A DNA stretch of 64,000 nucleotides, taken from assembly GCF_009914755.1 (NCBI RefSeq), contig NC_060942.1; one strand, given 5' to 3'. Numbering within the stretch: position 1 is the first letter of the stretch; the number at the start of each line of letters is the position of its first letter. The DNA comes from the human T2T-CHM13v2.0 reference genome, Homo sapiens. Shown one piece after another: positions 48,351 through 64,000 of the stretch. The notes under the pieces were generated by a model. It was not told where the DNA came from. It was given only the letters and a program-made list of their open reading frames with translations, and ran no database searches. Made by a program: the position numbers and the translations under genes.

Positions 48351-48641
48351 CTAGAGAAAATTAGTGACTTTATAGCTAATGCATGATAGAATTAATAATG
48401 GTTGCTCTATCAACATTTATAAATGGTTTTTCTTTTTCTTCCCAAAAGATAGATATGGGCCTATACTCCTCTGGTATATCTTTTACTCAGATTCACCTAT
48501 ATTTTTCCCCACATTTTGCTACATTTATTTTATTATTATTTTTATATCATTATTTTTCTGAGTCATTTCAGACTAGGTTGATTACTTCATTCCTCTTCTT
48601 AATTCTTCAGTGTGTATTTTCTAAGAAATAGGTATTTTCTT

Positions 48642-49808
<1,167 letters not shown>

Positions 49809-50344
49809 TAGGTATTTTCTTATATAACCTTAGTACAGTTATCAAATTCAGGAAATTTAACATTGATACAATGCTTTGTATCTACTTTAAGTTTATATTT
49901 CAATGTTGTCTATCATCCCAGTAATGTCCTTTGTAGCCTTATTTTCTCTAGTACTGGATATGGTCACATGTCACATTTAGGTGGCATGCTTTTTTAGTGT
50001 CTTTTAATCTGGAGTAGTAGTTCAGTGTTTATCTTTCATTCCATTGACATTTTTGAAGAATGAACATCAGTTATTATACAGAATGTTTCACATTCTGTTT
50101 TGTTTGTGTTTCCTCGAAGTTAAACTCAGCTTAAGCACCCTCTGTGGAATACTGTGTAAGTGATGCTATGGCCTTCTCAGGGTGTTTGATTCCTGTTTGA
50201 TTGATTTCTGGTCTTCCCTTTATTTTCTCTCTTATTTTGTTTGACTTTAACTCGCTTTTCTTTTTCTAGCTTCATAAGATGAATGCTCAGGTCTCCAATA
50301 TTCTTCCTTTTTCCTTTCTAAAAATAGGTGCATTTAAGTTTTGA

Positions 50345-50727
<383 letters not shown>

Positions 50728-50821
50728 TAATCTAAATCCATGTTTGATTTATAACTATGTTGCTTGATTTCCAAAGTTAGAGATTTTTCCTAGTTAACTT
50801 TTTATAATTATTATCATTTTA

Positions 50822-50937
50822 AATAGAGACCAGGTCTTGCTATGTTGCCCAGGCTGGTCTTGAACTCCTGAGCTTAAGTGATCCACCTCAGCCTCCCAAA
50901 GTGCTGGGATTACAGGCATGAGTCACCATGCCCAACC
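50822..50937 (-). mobile_element. Alu left monomer
   Basis: Left-arm Alu sequence. Confidence 0.8.
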
Positions 50938-51020
50938 TGTTTTTTGCAGTTATTTTTTTGTAATTGATTTGTATCTGAATTTCATGAGGCCATTGAATAT
51001 ACTTATAATTTTAAAAAATG

Positions 51021-51349
<329 letters not shown>

Positions 51350-51837
51350 TTATGGTTCATCATATAGACAACTTGTAGCAAATTTTCTTTGTGTATTTGA
51401 AAATAATTTGTATTTTTCAGTTGTTAAGTGCACTGCTCTGTATGTCAGTGAAGTCATAGTTGTTGGTTGTCTAGTTCAAATCTGTGTTGCTGTTCATGGT
51501 TTGCTTGTTTGTCAGTTACTGAGAGACTTCATGAGTTTCTAAACATCATTGTGGATGTGTCTTTCTTTTGGTTAATTTTGGAGTGTGTTATTAGATGATG
51601 GACATTTAGGATTATTAACCTTTTCAGTTGACCTTTTATTGTCTTTAATTGTTCCTCTTTTATCTTTAAATATACTTTGTGAAGACTTGTCTAATTTCAA
51701 TAAAACTATACCAGCTTTTTTGATTAATGTTTGCATGGTATATATTGTCATTCTTTTACTTTTTAAAAAAATTTTTAAAAATTTTGAATTTGGAAATAAT
51801 TAGCTACAGGAATTGCAAAAATAGTATAGAGGGGTCC

Positions 51838-52193
51838 TGTATTAGTTCATTTTCACACTGCTAATAAAGACATACCCGAGACTGGGCAATTTACAAAAGA
51901 AAGAGGTTCAGTTAGACTCACAGTAGTTCCACATGGCTGGGGAGGCCTCACAATTATGGCAGAAGGCAAGGAGGAACAAGTCACATCTTATGTGGGTGGC
52001 AGCAGGCAAAGAGAGCTTGTGCAGAAAAACTCCTGTTTTTAAAATCATCAGATCTCGTGAGACTCATTCACTATCAGGAGAACAGCCCAGGAAAGTCCCA
52101 CCCCCATAACTCAATCACCTCCCACAACAGGTGGGAATTGTGGGAGTTAAATGCAAGATGAGATTTGGGTGGGGACACAGCCAAACCATATCA
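51838..52193 (-). mobile_element. THE1-like solo LTR
   Basis: tgtattagttcattttcacactgctaataaagacatacccgagactggg...ggggacacagccaaaccatatca. Confidence 0.88.
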
Positions 52194-52479
52194 GGTTTCT
52201 TGTATTTTTGACCCAGTTTACCCCAGTTGTTACATCTTATGTAACTATAATATGAAACCAGGACACTTACCTTGGCACAGTGTGTGTGTGCAGTTCTCGG
52301 TGATTTCATCAGGTGTTGATTTTGTAATCACCACTGCAGCCAAGATGCAGAACCATTCCAACCCCACAGGGAGCTTCCTGTGCCACAGCCACTCCTGTCC
52401 CTCTGAGCCCTGGCCTTGGAAACCACTCATCAGTTCTGCATCTCGTTTTAATATCAAGAATGTTACATAACTGAAATTA

Positions 52480-54380
<1,901 letters not shown>

Positions 54381-55902
54381 AGCAGATATGGACTGTGGGT
54401 TTTTTAAAGATATTACTTAACTAAACCAAATAACTATTTGTAGTTTTTTTTTTTTTTTTTTAAGAAATCTATCTTGTATTAAGAAACAAAACAAAGCATT
54501 GGCAGGAGAAGTGGTCTAATACATAGTTTTGTCAGACCCAGAAACAGGCTCTGGAGATGTAAGTTGCAGAGTCCTTATCATTGTGGTGATCGTGGAAGCC
54601 ACACAGAAGGATGATGTTCTTGAAAAGGTTGGGAGACATGTGGTATACCTCTGTGAAGAATAAGGAGGTGACACCTTTGGAAAGAGGATGTATTGGAAAG
54701 GAAGAATAGTATCCATCCTCTTTGGCATGAGGAAAACTAGGGGAGGAAGAATGAAATAGTGGTGGTGACTGTGACTTCTATTCTCAATTGGGAACATCAG
54801 GTCAATTAAGTAAGGATATGATTAGGATTCAGACGAGGGCTGAAAAAAATGGGAAAATTTGGTCACGCTTTGGTAGAGATCATCAATAATCAGCAAAGGA
54901 AAATCAATAATAATTTGTATTGAACTTGGCATAAATTTATGGTGATGAGTCCATCAGGGAAGAGCCTGGGTGATGACAGAGCTGGCTGAGGAAGTGTGGT
55001 GTGGGGAGTTGTGGTGAGGTAGGCCCCCACGACGTTGTGAATTGATGAGTTTGTAGGGGCAGAGAGTTGACTGCTACCAATTTGCTTAGGCTAAGTGCTT
55101 TTCTTCTGTGGTCCATATGGTCCCTTCTTAAAGAAGATGGGTGTTCTCACCACTATTTACAGCCAAGAACCGGAAGAGTCCCTTTTGTGACAGCTAAGAG
55201 CCAGCCCAGAAATTGAACCAGGTCCTGACCTGGTGACCTAAAGCCCTTCCTTTTTGCACCCTGGACTGGGAACTTTGCTAGGATAAGGACGCGTGGCCCG
55301 AAGAAGACCCTGATTTGCTGTCTTTGAAGTGGAATAGCTCTGTGGCAAATGCCTGGTCTCCCCATCCTAGAGGTACATCACCATGGAGATCATTGGGTTG
55401 AGAAGGTTGAGGATCTGTGTCCAGGCCGTTAGGTGATTTTTTGTGTGTGTGGAAAATCACTGGGTATTGGGGGAGACTGCAGGATGTTCATAGAGGAAGT
55501 GGGAACTGGGCACTGATGGGTGCAGTGCTGGGGACATGGGCAATGCAGTGTTCATGGTGGGGACTCTTCACAGACCCTGTGTGTTGTGGAAGTGATACTT
55601 ATTTGGCCATATAGTAACAGTAGCATACCAGCACTGTACTAGTCAGGTAGTTAACAAGAATTGCGGACTTTAGAATGTTCTCAGTCTCATCATAGTGTTA
55701 AATAGATTATTGAACTAATTTTTCTGGTTTTTCACATGATTTTGTTTTTACCAAGTGAAATGTAACAGCCAAATTTTAGGTTTTACTTATAATATACTCC
55801 TTTTCTTAAGGAAAATATTAAGAATATACTTGAAAATATAGATGGTAGCAGCAAAAACACCCGTGTTTGCGGGAGTTAAAACAGCTTAGTAAAATATCCT
55901 AG

Positions 55903-56133
<231 letters not shown>

Positions 56134-58386
56134 AAAGTCTTTATTTTAATAAATTGTGATCATGTGGAAAAAGCTAGCTGAGCCATCTTGGCAGGCTGTA
56201 ATCAGTCTATATTGGCACTAAGGAATGTCCTACTGCCATATGGGATGAGAAGCGACCTGAGGTATTGTCATGCTGTTCTTATTCAGGAGATACCTGCTAC
56301 ACTGAGAAATCATTATGGAAATTAAACCCTGCACGTTAGAGAACCAAACTATACATTTAGCAAGTAGATTGGTCTTCTTTGTTTCTTATAAATTTTCAGT
56401 TGTGAATGTTTGCTACTTTTTAATTTCCCAAATACCAGGCATTATAAAATTCACTGTTACTAACATTATTTGGTGGCTCAAAGAATAGATTTATACAGTT
56501 AGTTTAACTGCAGGAGGAAAATGTTTGGAATCTTGCAATACAGGTAGATTGTAACTATTATTAATGAGTTGTAAATATTTAAGTGTATTTCTATTTGTAG
56601 ATCCTGTAAGTAGTAAGGATCATTTTAAAATTATTATTAAAAGACTGAGCGAGTAGGCTTTAATTTCTTCATGGCTTGAGACCTGCTTTCTCATTTTTAT
56701 TTGACAAAAATCCCAACTTGGACACTTTGAAAAAATTGTTCTGGTATCTGTCTTTTAAAACTTTGAATCTTTTTCATGTGAGTGAATACACCTTTCTGTA
56801 AGCGGTTGTGAGTCATATTGATAGTTCTCTGATCTGGGTTAATGTCTTTCTCACGAGATTTACATTTCACTTGTTATCAAAAATCACTTTGTCCTTAGGA
56901 AAGTGGAGCCAGTGAATGGCATTTCCATAAGAGGGGAGGGGAGGTATCAAATGCTGGGATTATTCCTAGTTCTAATGTCCTCAACTAATCGGCAGACGTT
57001 GAGGGCACAGAAGCATGGGCGAATGTGCTCATCTTTTAAGAAGACATCAGCATTGTGTTGCTTTTAAATTGGTGACCATAGGTATCTATTGGATGTAATA
57101 ATTGTCTAATTTTTGGGGGGTGGAGAGAAAGGAGGCTAAATCTGTGGGAATTATTTAACTATGACTAGTTAACATTTTAGAAGATAGGCTCTTGATGTGT
57201 TAATATGCTTTGTTTAATGTTATGATTTGATTATAGAGGCATTTTGTGAAAAGCTACTAATCCTAAAACATTTTAAGAAAAAGTATAACTTGTACACTGC
57301 TGGATATAGTTTCAGCTGGACTTGATGATGTAAGGCAATTTAAATATAAGGGGGAAAGTGTTCCTGAATAATCAATAATTTAGAAACTATTTCGCGTACA
57401 TAGAAATGCTATTGAGTAAAGCTCCTAGTTACTGTCTCCCAAGGACTTCTGTTTGCTTCTCCCTCGTTGTGCAATATTTGCCAGTATGCTTTCCTCACAT
57501 TTTTGTCCTCAAAAATTCCCCATATTTCATTTTCCTTTTTAGCTCTACTACTCAGTGAGGCTTAAACATACTGTTTTCGTTACAGTGTTTATGTATCCTT
57601 GGGGCTCATGCCTTTTACTGCTAGCATGGAAGTCGCCTGACTCCCCTGTATAGTGGTTTCTGGCTGCATGATCCAGGGGCAGTTCTGGTGCACCTGCAGG
57701 CCTTTCACACCTCATGCCTGTTGCGAGTGTATTCATTCAGTTTTGTATAGTAGCACATGATATGATAGTGGCGTCTTAACCACTACTTTATTCTGTCTGT
57801 ACACAATAAAATTATTAGTAGCACAGTGATACAAATAACATAATTTATATCATCAAAGTCTAGGCATCTTAGATTTACTGGTACAGGGTTATAGAGGAAA
57901 AAACTGAGTAAAATGTTGAATATTTATGTTTTTAGCAGTGGGCATTGAATTTAGAGTTTCTCGAGTGAGAGTGATGTCAGTGAGGCATTAGTTCATGTAG
58001 TTGCTGACAGTGATGGTGACGTTAAGGTTTCTGTTGTGCTGCTGTTTACAGTGCTCATGTTATGCAGACAGTGGTCTTGCGTTTATAGTGTCGTTTGTCT
58101 GGAAGAACATGTTAATATCAGATAATGCTATAAAGCTTATATTTTCTAAATTTTATATGTATCTTTTCAAATACTTAGATCTTAATATTTGATTTTTCAT
58201 TTTGAATTTGTCTGACTTTTGTATACTAGAACATCAGAGTAGATAATTATGTGTCTTAGAGCAAAAATTCATATCTGAGTCCGTTCCTGAAGAATTTTGC
58301 TCTATTTGAAATGCTGAAGAGAAATGTGCTCATATGAAGCCTGTCTTGCACCTGTGGCCCAGCTTGCAATGTGCTCTGTTGATGCC

Positions 58387-58592
58387 ACTGCTGTCCAGTA
58401 GAACTCACTGTAGTAATGGAATATTCTCCATCTGGGATGTCCATTATGGTAGCCACTAGCCAGGGTGCCCACTGAGCTCTTGAGATGTGGCTGATGTGAC
58501 TGAGGAACTGGATGGTAAGTTTTATTTAATTTTAATTAATTGAAATGAAAGTTGCCACATGGGGCCGATGGATGCTCATTTGGACGGTCCAG
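58387..58592. mobile_element. MER3/MER33-like hAT DNA element
   Basis: ctgtccagtagaact...atggtagccactagcc...gatgtggctgatgtgactgaggaactg signature. Confidence 0.7.
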
Positions 58593-60740
58593 GCCTGGGT
58601 ACTCTTTGTGCCCAAGCTACTGTTGGGAGGAGGGTGACCTTTTGAGTGGGATGTTGGGAGGCAGGAGAGTGAAGACCGAGGCCTCGGGGGCTTCCTCCGT
58701 GGGCGGCATTGTGCTGAGCCTTCGTAGTGTGTAGACTCCACTCTTGTCAGTGCTTTGCAGATGAGTGAACAGAGACTCAGACCAAGGAGCTTCCATAGGG
58801 TCACTTGCTGGTGATTGTCTCCAAAACATGACTTTAAAATCCATGTTTTTCCATTGTGTTTTGTTGCCTGCTCACAAGTGATTCATTTTTTTCCCATCAT
58901 CTCTTGAATGGCTGTGGTGCCATGCCTGGGCTGAGGAAAGGCGGTGCATGAACTTGAGCAAGAGCTGGCCTCTGCCTGTTGTCAGCTCAGTGAATGGACA
59001 TGATACTGATGTGGCGGGAGGTTGAGATCCAGGCTCTCGTTTCAACTCTGCCATTGCCTAGTGGTTTAGTCTTAGAGAAGTCACTTGCCTGTGGGACCTC
59101 CAGTTTTCTTGTCTATGTGATGTGGGAGTTCGGCATCAGTATAGTGTAGTTGCAGTTGTCTGAGATGGTAATTCTTAGGTAACATAACTAGGATTTTCCT
59201 GGCACTAGGAGTGTGTGCTGTCACCAGATAAAAGAGTGATGATTTATAGCTGCTGTTGGTGGGAGGAGTTGGGGAAGGAGTGCCCATGAGCCCCTGCCAT
59301 GGGGGAAGGCGACTCAGAGTAGAAGAGAGCACAGAGCAGTCGCAGTCTGCATGGCACCACAGCAGGGATGCTGGAGGGAAGGAGGCATGTGAGAGTGTTC
59401 GAGATGGACAGTACAAGCAAGAGGTAAGGTGAGAGAAATAGTCATTGAAAGCTTACTCTATTTTATTTGAAGCCTTATTTAATTTTTCTTTCATTCAAGC
59501 ATAAACAGATAAAATATTATCAGCATTTTATTGAAATCTACTTGACCATTTCCTTTCCTACCCTACCAAAAATATTAATGGTGAACATACTTGTTTTGAC
59601 AATCTTAAATCACTTTAATACCACCCTGATTTATAACTGTTGTGGACTTGAAAGTATGCTTTCAGTTTGGAGGTGTTTGGGTTTATTGTTTCAAAAGTGC
59701 TGATGGCAGTGCTAAGATGTTCCACTCTTGCAAAGCTCAGTCTTTGTGTGCTGCGGTAGAAGTTCTAGAATAAGGGTGGGGGGAGCTGGCTTGCTTGGCT
59801 ATCCCCGTGGCAGAGCATCAGCCCCGTGAGCGAGCACTGCTTAAGGGAGCAGTGCTTGGCAGTCCTTCACGTGCTGGAACAGTCCCTGTTAGGGATGGGC
59901 AGCCTCCACAGAACCAACCTCTGACCTTTCAGTGTGAGGATCTTCCCAGCACAGCTGAGAATTAAGTGGATATTCATAGGGATAGTACCAACTTCAGTTG
60001 AGACACACACACATGCCCTCATAAGGAATGCTACTATGGGAGATTTATGAAGTTTACTTCATATATTCAAATTCATAAATTCAAATACTGAAACCTGCAA
60101 GTTTTCAGTATTTGTAAAGTGATTTCTAAAGCAGGAGAGCATTACGATTATATAGTAAGGGTGTGGCACTCCAGCATGGGAGACAGCAATTCTGAGATGG
60201 AGCTCTGATGTGTCAGCCTCATTTTGTAATCAGCCTTATGCTGTCATTTTCATGCAAAACTTTTTGTTAACTTTTAAGCTTCCTTTGTCACAAACATGAA
60301 GAATATTTGACTTATACGGCAGGCTTTCTATTCTAGCCTTGAATACAATTAGAAGGTGAGATTTAACAACTTCCTTTAGTAAGCCATTCTGAGTCTTTCT
60401 CTACATTTTGAAAATTTAAATTAAACCAAAATTTTAATACTGAAGTTTAAATTCATGATTATTTTGTGCTTAAAAGAGATGAATTTGATACCTTTTCATC
60501 ATTTTCTGAGGTATTTTTAGAAACTCTATACTGTCTACCCCAAAATAATGGTTTGGATGACCAAGAAGGGGAAGAGTTGTGCTCCTGAAACCCAGACACT
60601 ATTGGAACAGGGTAAATGTAAAATTAAAATATTTACTGCATAGATGAAGAGAGCTATGTGGAAATACAGTCAAGCTTTTATTATCATTAGAATATCACAG
60701 GAAACATTTGTATCCTCTTTAAATATTGGATTGAGCTGTC

Positions 60741-61041
60741 TTTTTTTTTTTTTTTTTTTAAGATGGAGACTCACTCTTTCGCCCAGGCTGAAGTGCAGTG
60801 GCATTGTCTTGGCTCACTGCAATCTCTGCCTCCCGGGTTCAAGCTATTCTCCTGCCTCAGCCTCCTGAGTAGCTGGGATTACAGGTGCCTGCCACCATGG
60901 CTGGCTAATTTTTGTATTTTTAGTAGAGACGGGGTTTTACCACATTGGCCAGGCTGGTCTTGAACTCCTAACCTCAGGTGATCCGCCTGCCTCGGCCTCC
61001 CAAAGTGCTGGGATTACCGATGTGAGCCACCACGCCTGGCC
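60741..61041 (-). mobile_element. AluSx-like
   Basis: Full dimer; TSD tgagctgt. Confidence 0.92.
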
Positions 61042-61530
61042 TGAGCTGTAAGTCTTAATATTGCATTAGTTAATACTACTGGAAAAGTCATTTTTTAAGA
61101 GTGGAAAAAGTGATTATTACTTCAGAGAATGAGCCACATCCTGGATTAATTGAAATCCAAGGACCTTTATCATTGAAAAGTGTATTGGGAATTACCAGTA
61201 GGTAACCTATAGCTATAGCTATACCTTTTCTCGACATATAGAGCATTGACTGCTTCAGAATATTAATGGTTTTATTTTGCCAATAAGAGTGTCTAAACAG
61301 AAAGATAATTCCCCTGGGGTACATTTATATAAGACTTTGTATTTTATGTCAAATTTAAATTTGTGTAACCAACCTATTATAAGAAAAACCCCACAAATTA
61401 GCATTAGGTGTGCTATTAGTGTGTGGTGAATACAGAAACAATCAATATTGACTCTAAATATGTACAATTAGTTTGAACTTTTTTAAAAAGCAAAAAAAAA
61501 TACACAATACGTATCTTTTGTTTCATACAG

Positions 61531-61681
61531 TTGCTGTGGTTGGCTGATAAATATTTGTCGAAGAAAGAAAGAGCTGAAAGCTCGCACAGTATGGCTTGGA
61601 TGTCCTGAAAAGTGTGAAGAAAAACATCCCAGGAATTCTATAAAAAATCAAAAATACAATGTGTTTACCTTTATACCTGGG
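61531..61681 (+). CDS. ATP9B: ATP9B coding exon 3 (151 nt): (S)[50 protein letters not shown]; gene continues past the window
   Basis: Acceptor tcttttgtttcatacag|T; donor GGG|GTAAGA at 61682; encodes the P4-ATPase N-terminal signature N-x-I-x-(N/T)-x-KY-x-x-x-TF-I-P that precedes TM1. Confidence 0.96.
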
Positions 61682-64000
61682 GTAAGACTATTGCATTCTT
61701 GGAGATGGGTTGTGTGTCAGAGATTGCTGGCTTCCTTTGCTATAGGATGGAGCCTGTTGAGACTCTGACTTAGGTATTGAGTTGTGTCACATCCAAATCA
61801 GTGTCCTTTTGCTTTTGAACCATCTGTGTTCCCAATAATCGCTAAATAATTCATATGTATTTTTAATGGCTACATCATAGAGTTCAGCTCAAGAAAATGT
61901 ACAATTTGATTATTGCCTTCAGTTCTTGATAAACATCATATTTATATTATTTTAGAAATATAGACATAATGAAGTAAAAGTAAATAAAATTAACAGAAAA
62001 CAAGTTATACGTTTTGTTTGTCTGGGAACTAGTTTGGAGAAAACAGTAAATGTAATGTTTAAACCCTGCCAAGAGATTTCGCAAAGAAAATGAAACAATT
62101 TTTTATACTGAAATGATACAGTAACAAAGTATCTGTAATATGCATATTTATATATAGATGTCTTTGCTACTTCACATTATAAATCTCAGACCTTCTTATA
62201 TTGTTATATCGTTAGTTATCTTTAATTGGGTATTATTGCTAAATTTAAATACTGTAGTTTAAATATTTTATTACTTTTGTTGCTAGTGATATTACTGGCT
62301 TAAATTATAAAACAGTTCATATACAATTAGAATAGTTGAATAATTTTTGTGTTTTGTATGTCATTCCTTATTTTAATAGATTTATTTATCTTTCTAAAGG
62401 AAAAGGAAGCTGGTATTGATTATATTTCTATATCAAAGTTTTTGGCATGTTTTATGTCTTTTATTTGCAAGAAAAGCTCTTGATTACATGGAATGTGGGT
62501 TGCTTTATCTTGTATATTTAATTTAAATAATCATGCTGACATTGTATTTGGCATTGATTTTACTCCCACCCCCACCTCATCCCCATCCACCTAGTGATTG
62601 GCAAATACTTGATATCTAATGCACTTCTTTATTAAAACCCACAAAACTAATGGCTTCATAATTAAAAGACAGACCTTTTGTCAGGATAATAAAATGTAAA
62701 CTGTCTTACAGGCAGATAAATATTCGCATCTTTATTGAATGAAGCCACTGTTTTCTGCTTAGGTTTAAATTATTAAATACTCACAGATCTCAGAGATTGG
62801 CTAAGCAGTGTACGTTTTCCTAAAGGTCAGCAGGTTCAGTCAGTAGACTGTAGAGTATTGATTGCAGTCGTTTAAAGCCAGCAGTGCAGCTTAACTTTGA
62901 TCAGTGTAAGTCCACACAGCCTGCCCAGATTGGCCGCATGCTGAAAATACCTGTGGATGTGACTGTATGATGATTACCATGTGTATGAGTTTTTTATCTT
63001 AGATCGTCTCTGAAATTAGTCTTTTCATCTAAAATGTAGTATTTTAGAAACATTTGGTAATTACCCAGTAGGAGTTCTATGTCATTTTTACCACGAATGG
63101 CAATTTCTAAGTTGCTAATAGATATAATTTATGCTGAGATTTTAAAGAAATCACTAAGGAAAAAGCACTTTATTTCCTGCTGAGATTAATTTATGAAATA
63201 ATTCAAAACATTCTTAGACAGCAGGTTGAACGTGATTATGAACATAAATATATTGTCAGTGTAACTGATTTTGAGTCCCACACATTGCCGTATGATGATG
63301 CAGATAACCTCATTTTCTGAAAACAAGTTGCAGACTCTCTAGTTGAGCAATAAGCACTTAACCCATTGCCCTGCTTGGTGAAATTTTCATACCTTCTAAG
63401 TGGCATGGAAATGGCATCCAAAGAGATTGTGATTTGTAAGTTGCAGGTTTGCAAGTTTGATTTAATTGTAGTGTGCTGTTTGAATTATTCTCATCTGTAA
63501 ACGTAAGTTTTGTTCCATTTTGATTTTCAATGTAAATCTAATAATTAGAGGCGTTTGTAAATTGAGATCTATTAATATGTTAGATCTTGGGTTTTCTTCT
63601 CTAAAGATAACTATTTAAAGTGAAAACCAAAACCAAAACCTTTCAGTATTGACATTCCTAAAATTTTATTGAATGATGAAATTTCTTTTATATTTGAAAA
63701 TATTATTAAGAATTAACTACCCAAAGACCATAAGAGTAGCTGGGTAGCTGTCTTCTTGAAAACTGGTCTGCAATTACAACTTCTTATATTTTATCATTTT
63801 TAATGTTTTGAGGGAAGTAAATACCCACAAGAGATTAAGGCAGTCTATCTCGTGAAGTTACACCTGTTCACGTTTGGCTTGTTCATTCAGTCTTTGTAAA
63901 GCTACCTGGATGTCCGTGTTAAAAAAAAAAAGTGGCTATTTATTTGTTTTTTACCATTTCATAAATATAAGGTTAATATGACTTTTCCATTGTAAGATTT

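Overview
Human (primate) genomic DNA covering the 5' end of ATP9B, a P4-type ATPase/putative phospholipid flippase at 18q23 next to SALL3. The window has about 20 kb of repeat-rich upstream sequence, a CpG-island promoter (~19.78-20.95 kb) and coding exons 1-3 on the + strand (20551-20669, 47652-47825, 61531-61681). These splice into one 148-codon frame, [11 protein letters not shown]...FTFIPG. The rest is intron, filled with Alus, L1s (mostly antisense), one SVA, MaLR/ERV LTRs and DNA-transposon relics. I see no evidence of a wholly new gene system, CRISPR array or RNA gene. The best leads are: (1) an antisense L1PA whose antisense-promoter region keeps an ORF0-like ORF and a second ORF that a natural donor would splice in frame into exon 2; (2) a perfect 50-bp hairpin built over that L1's internal deletion junction; (3) a strong candidate poison/UTR cassette exon just before exon 2; (4) a young twin-primed L1 that brackets exon 2 with complementary L1 sequence; (5) a 2.2-kb 40-bp VNTR with higher-order structure just upstream of the promoter. 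Repeat subfamily names come from recalled consensus features and need RepeatMasker/Dfam confirmation. Repeat boundaries are approximate unless a TSD is given.
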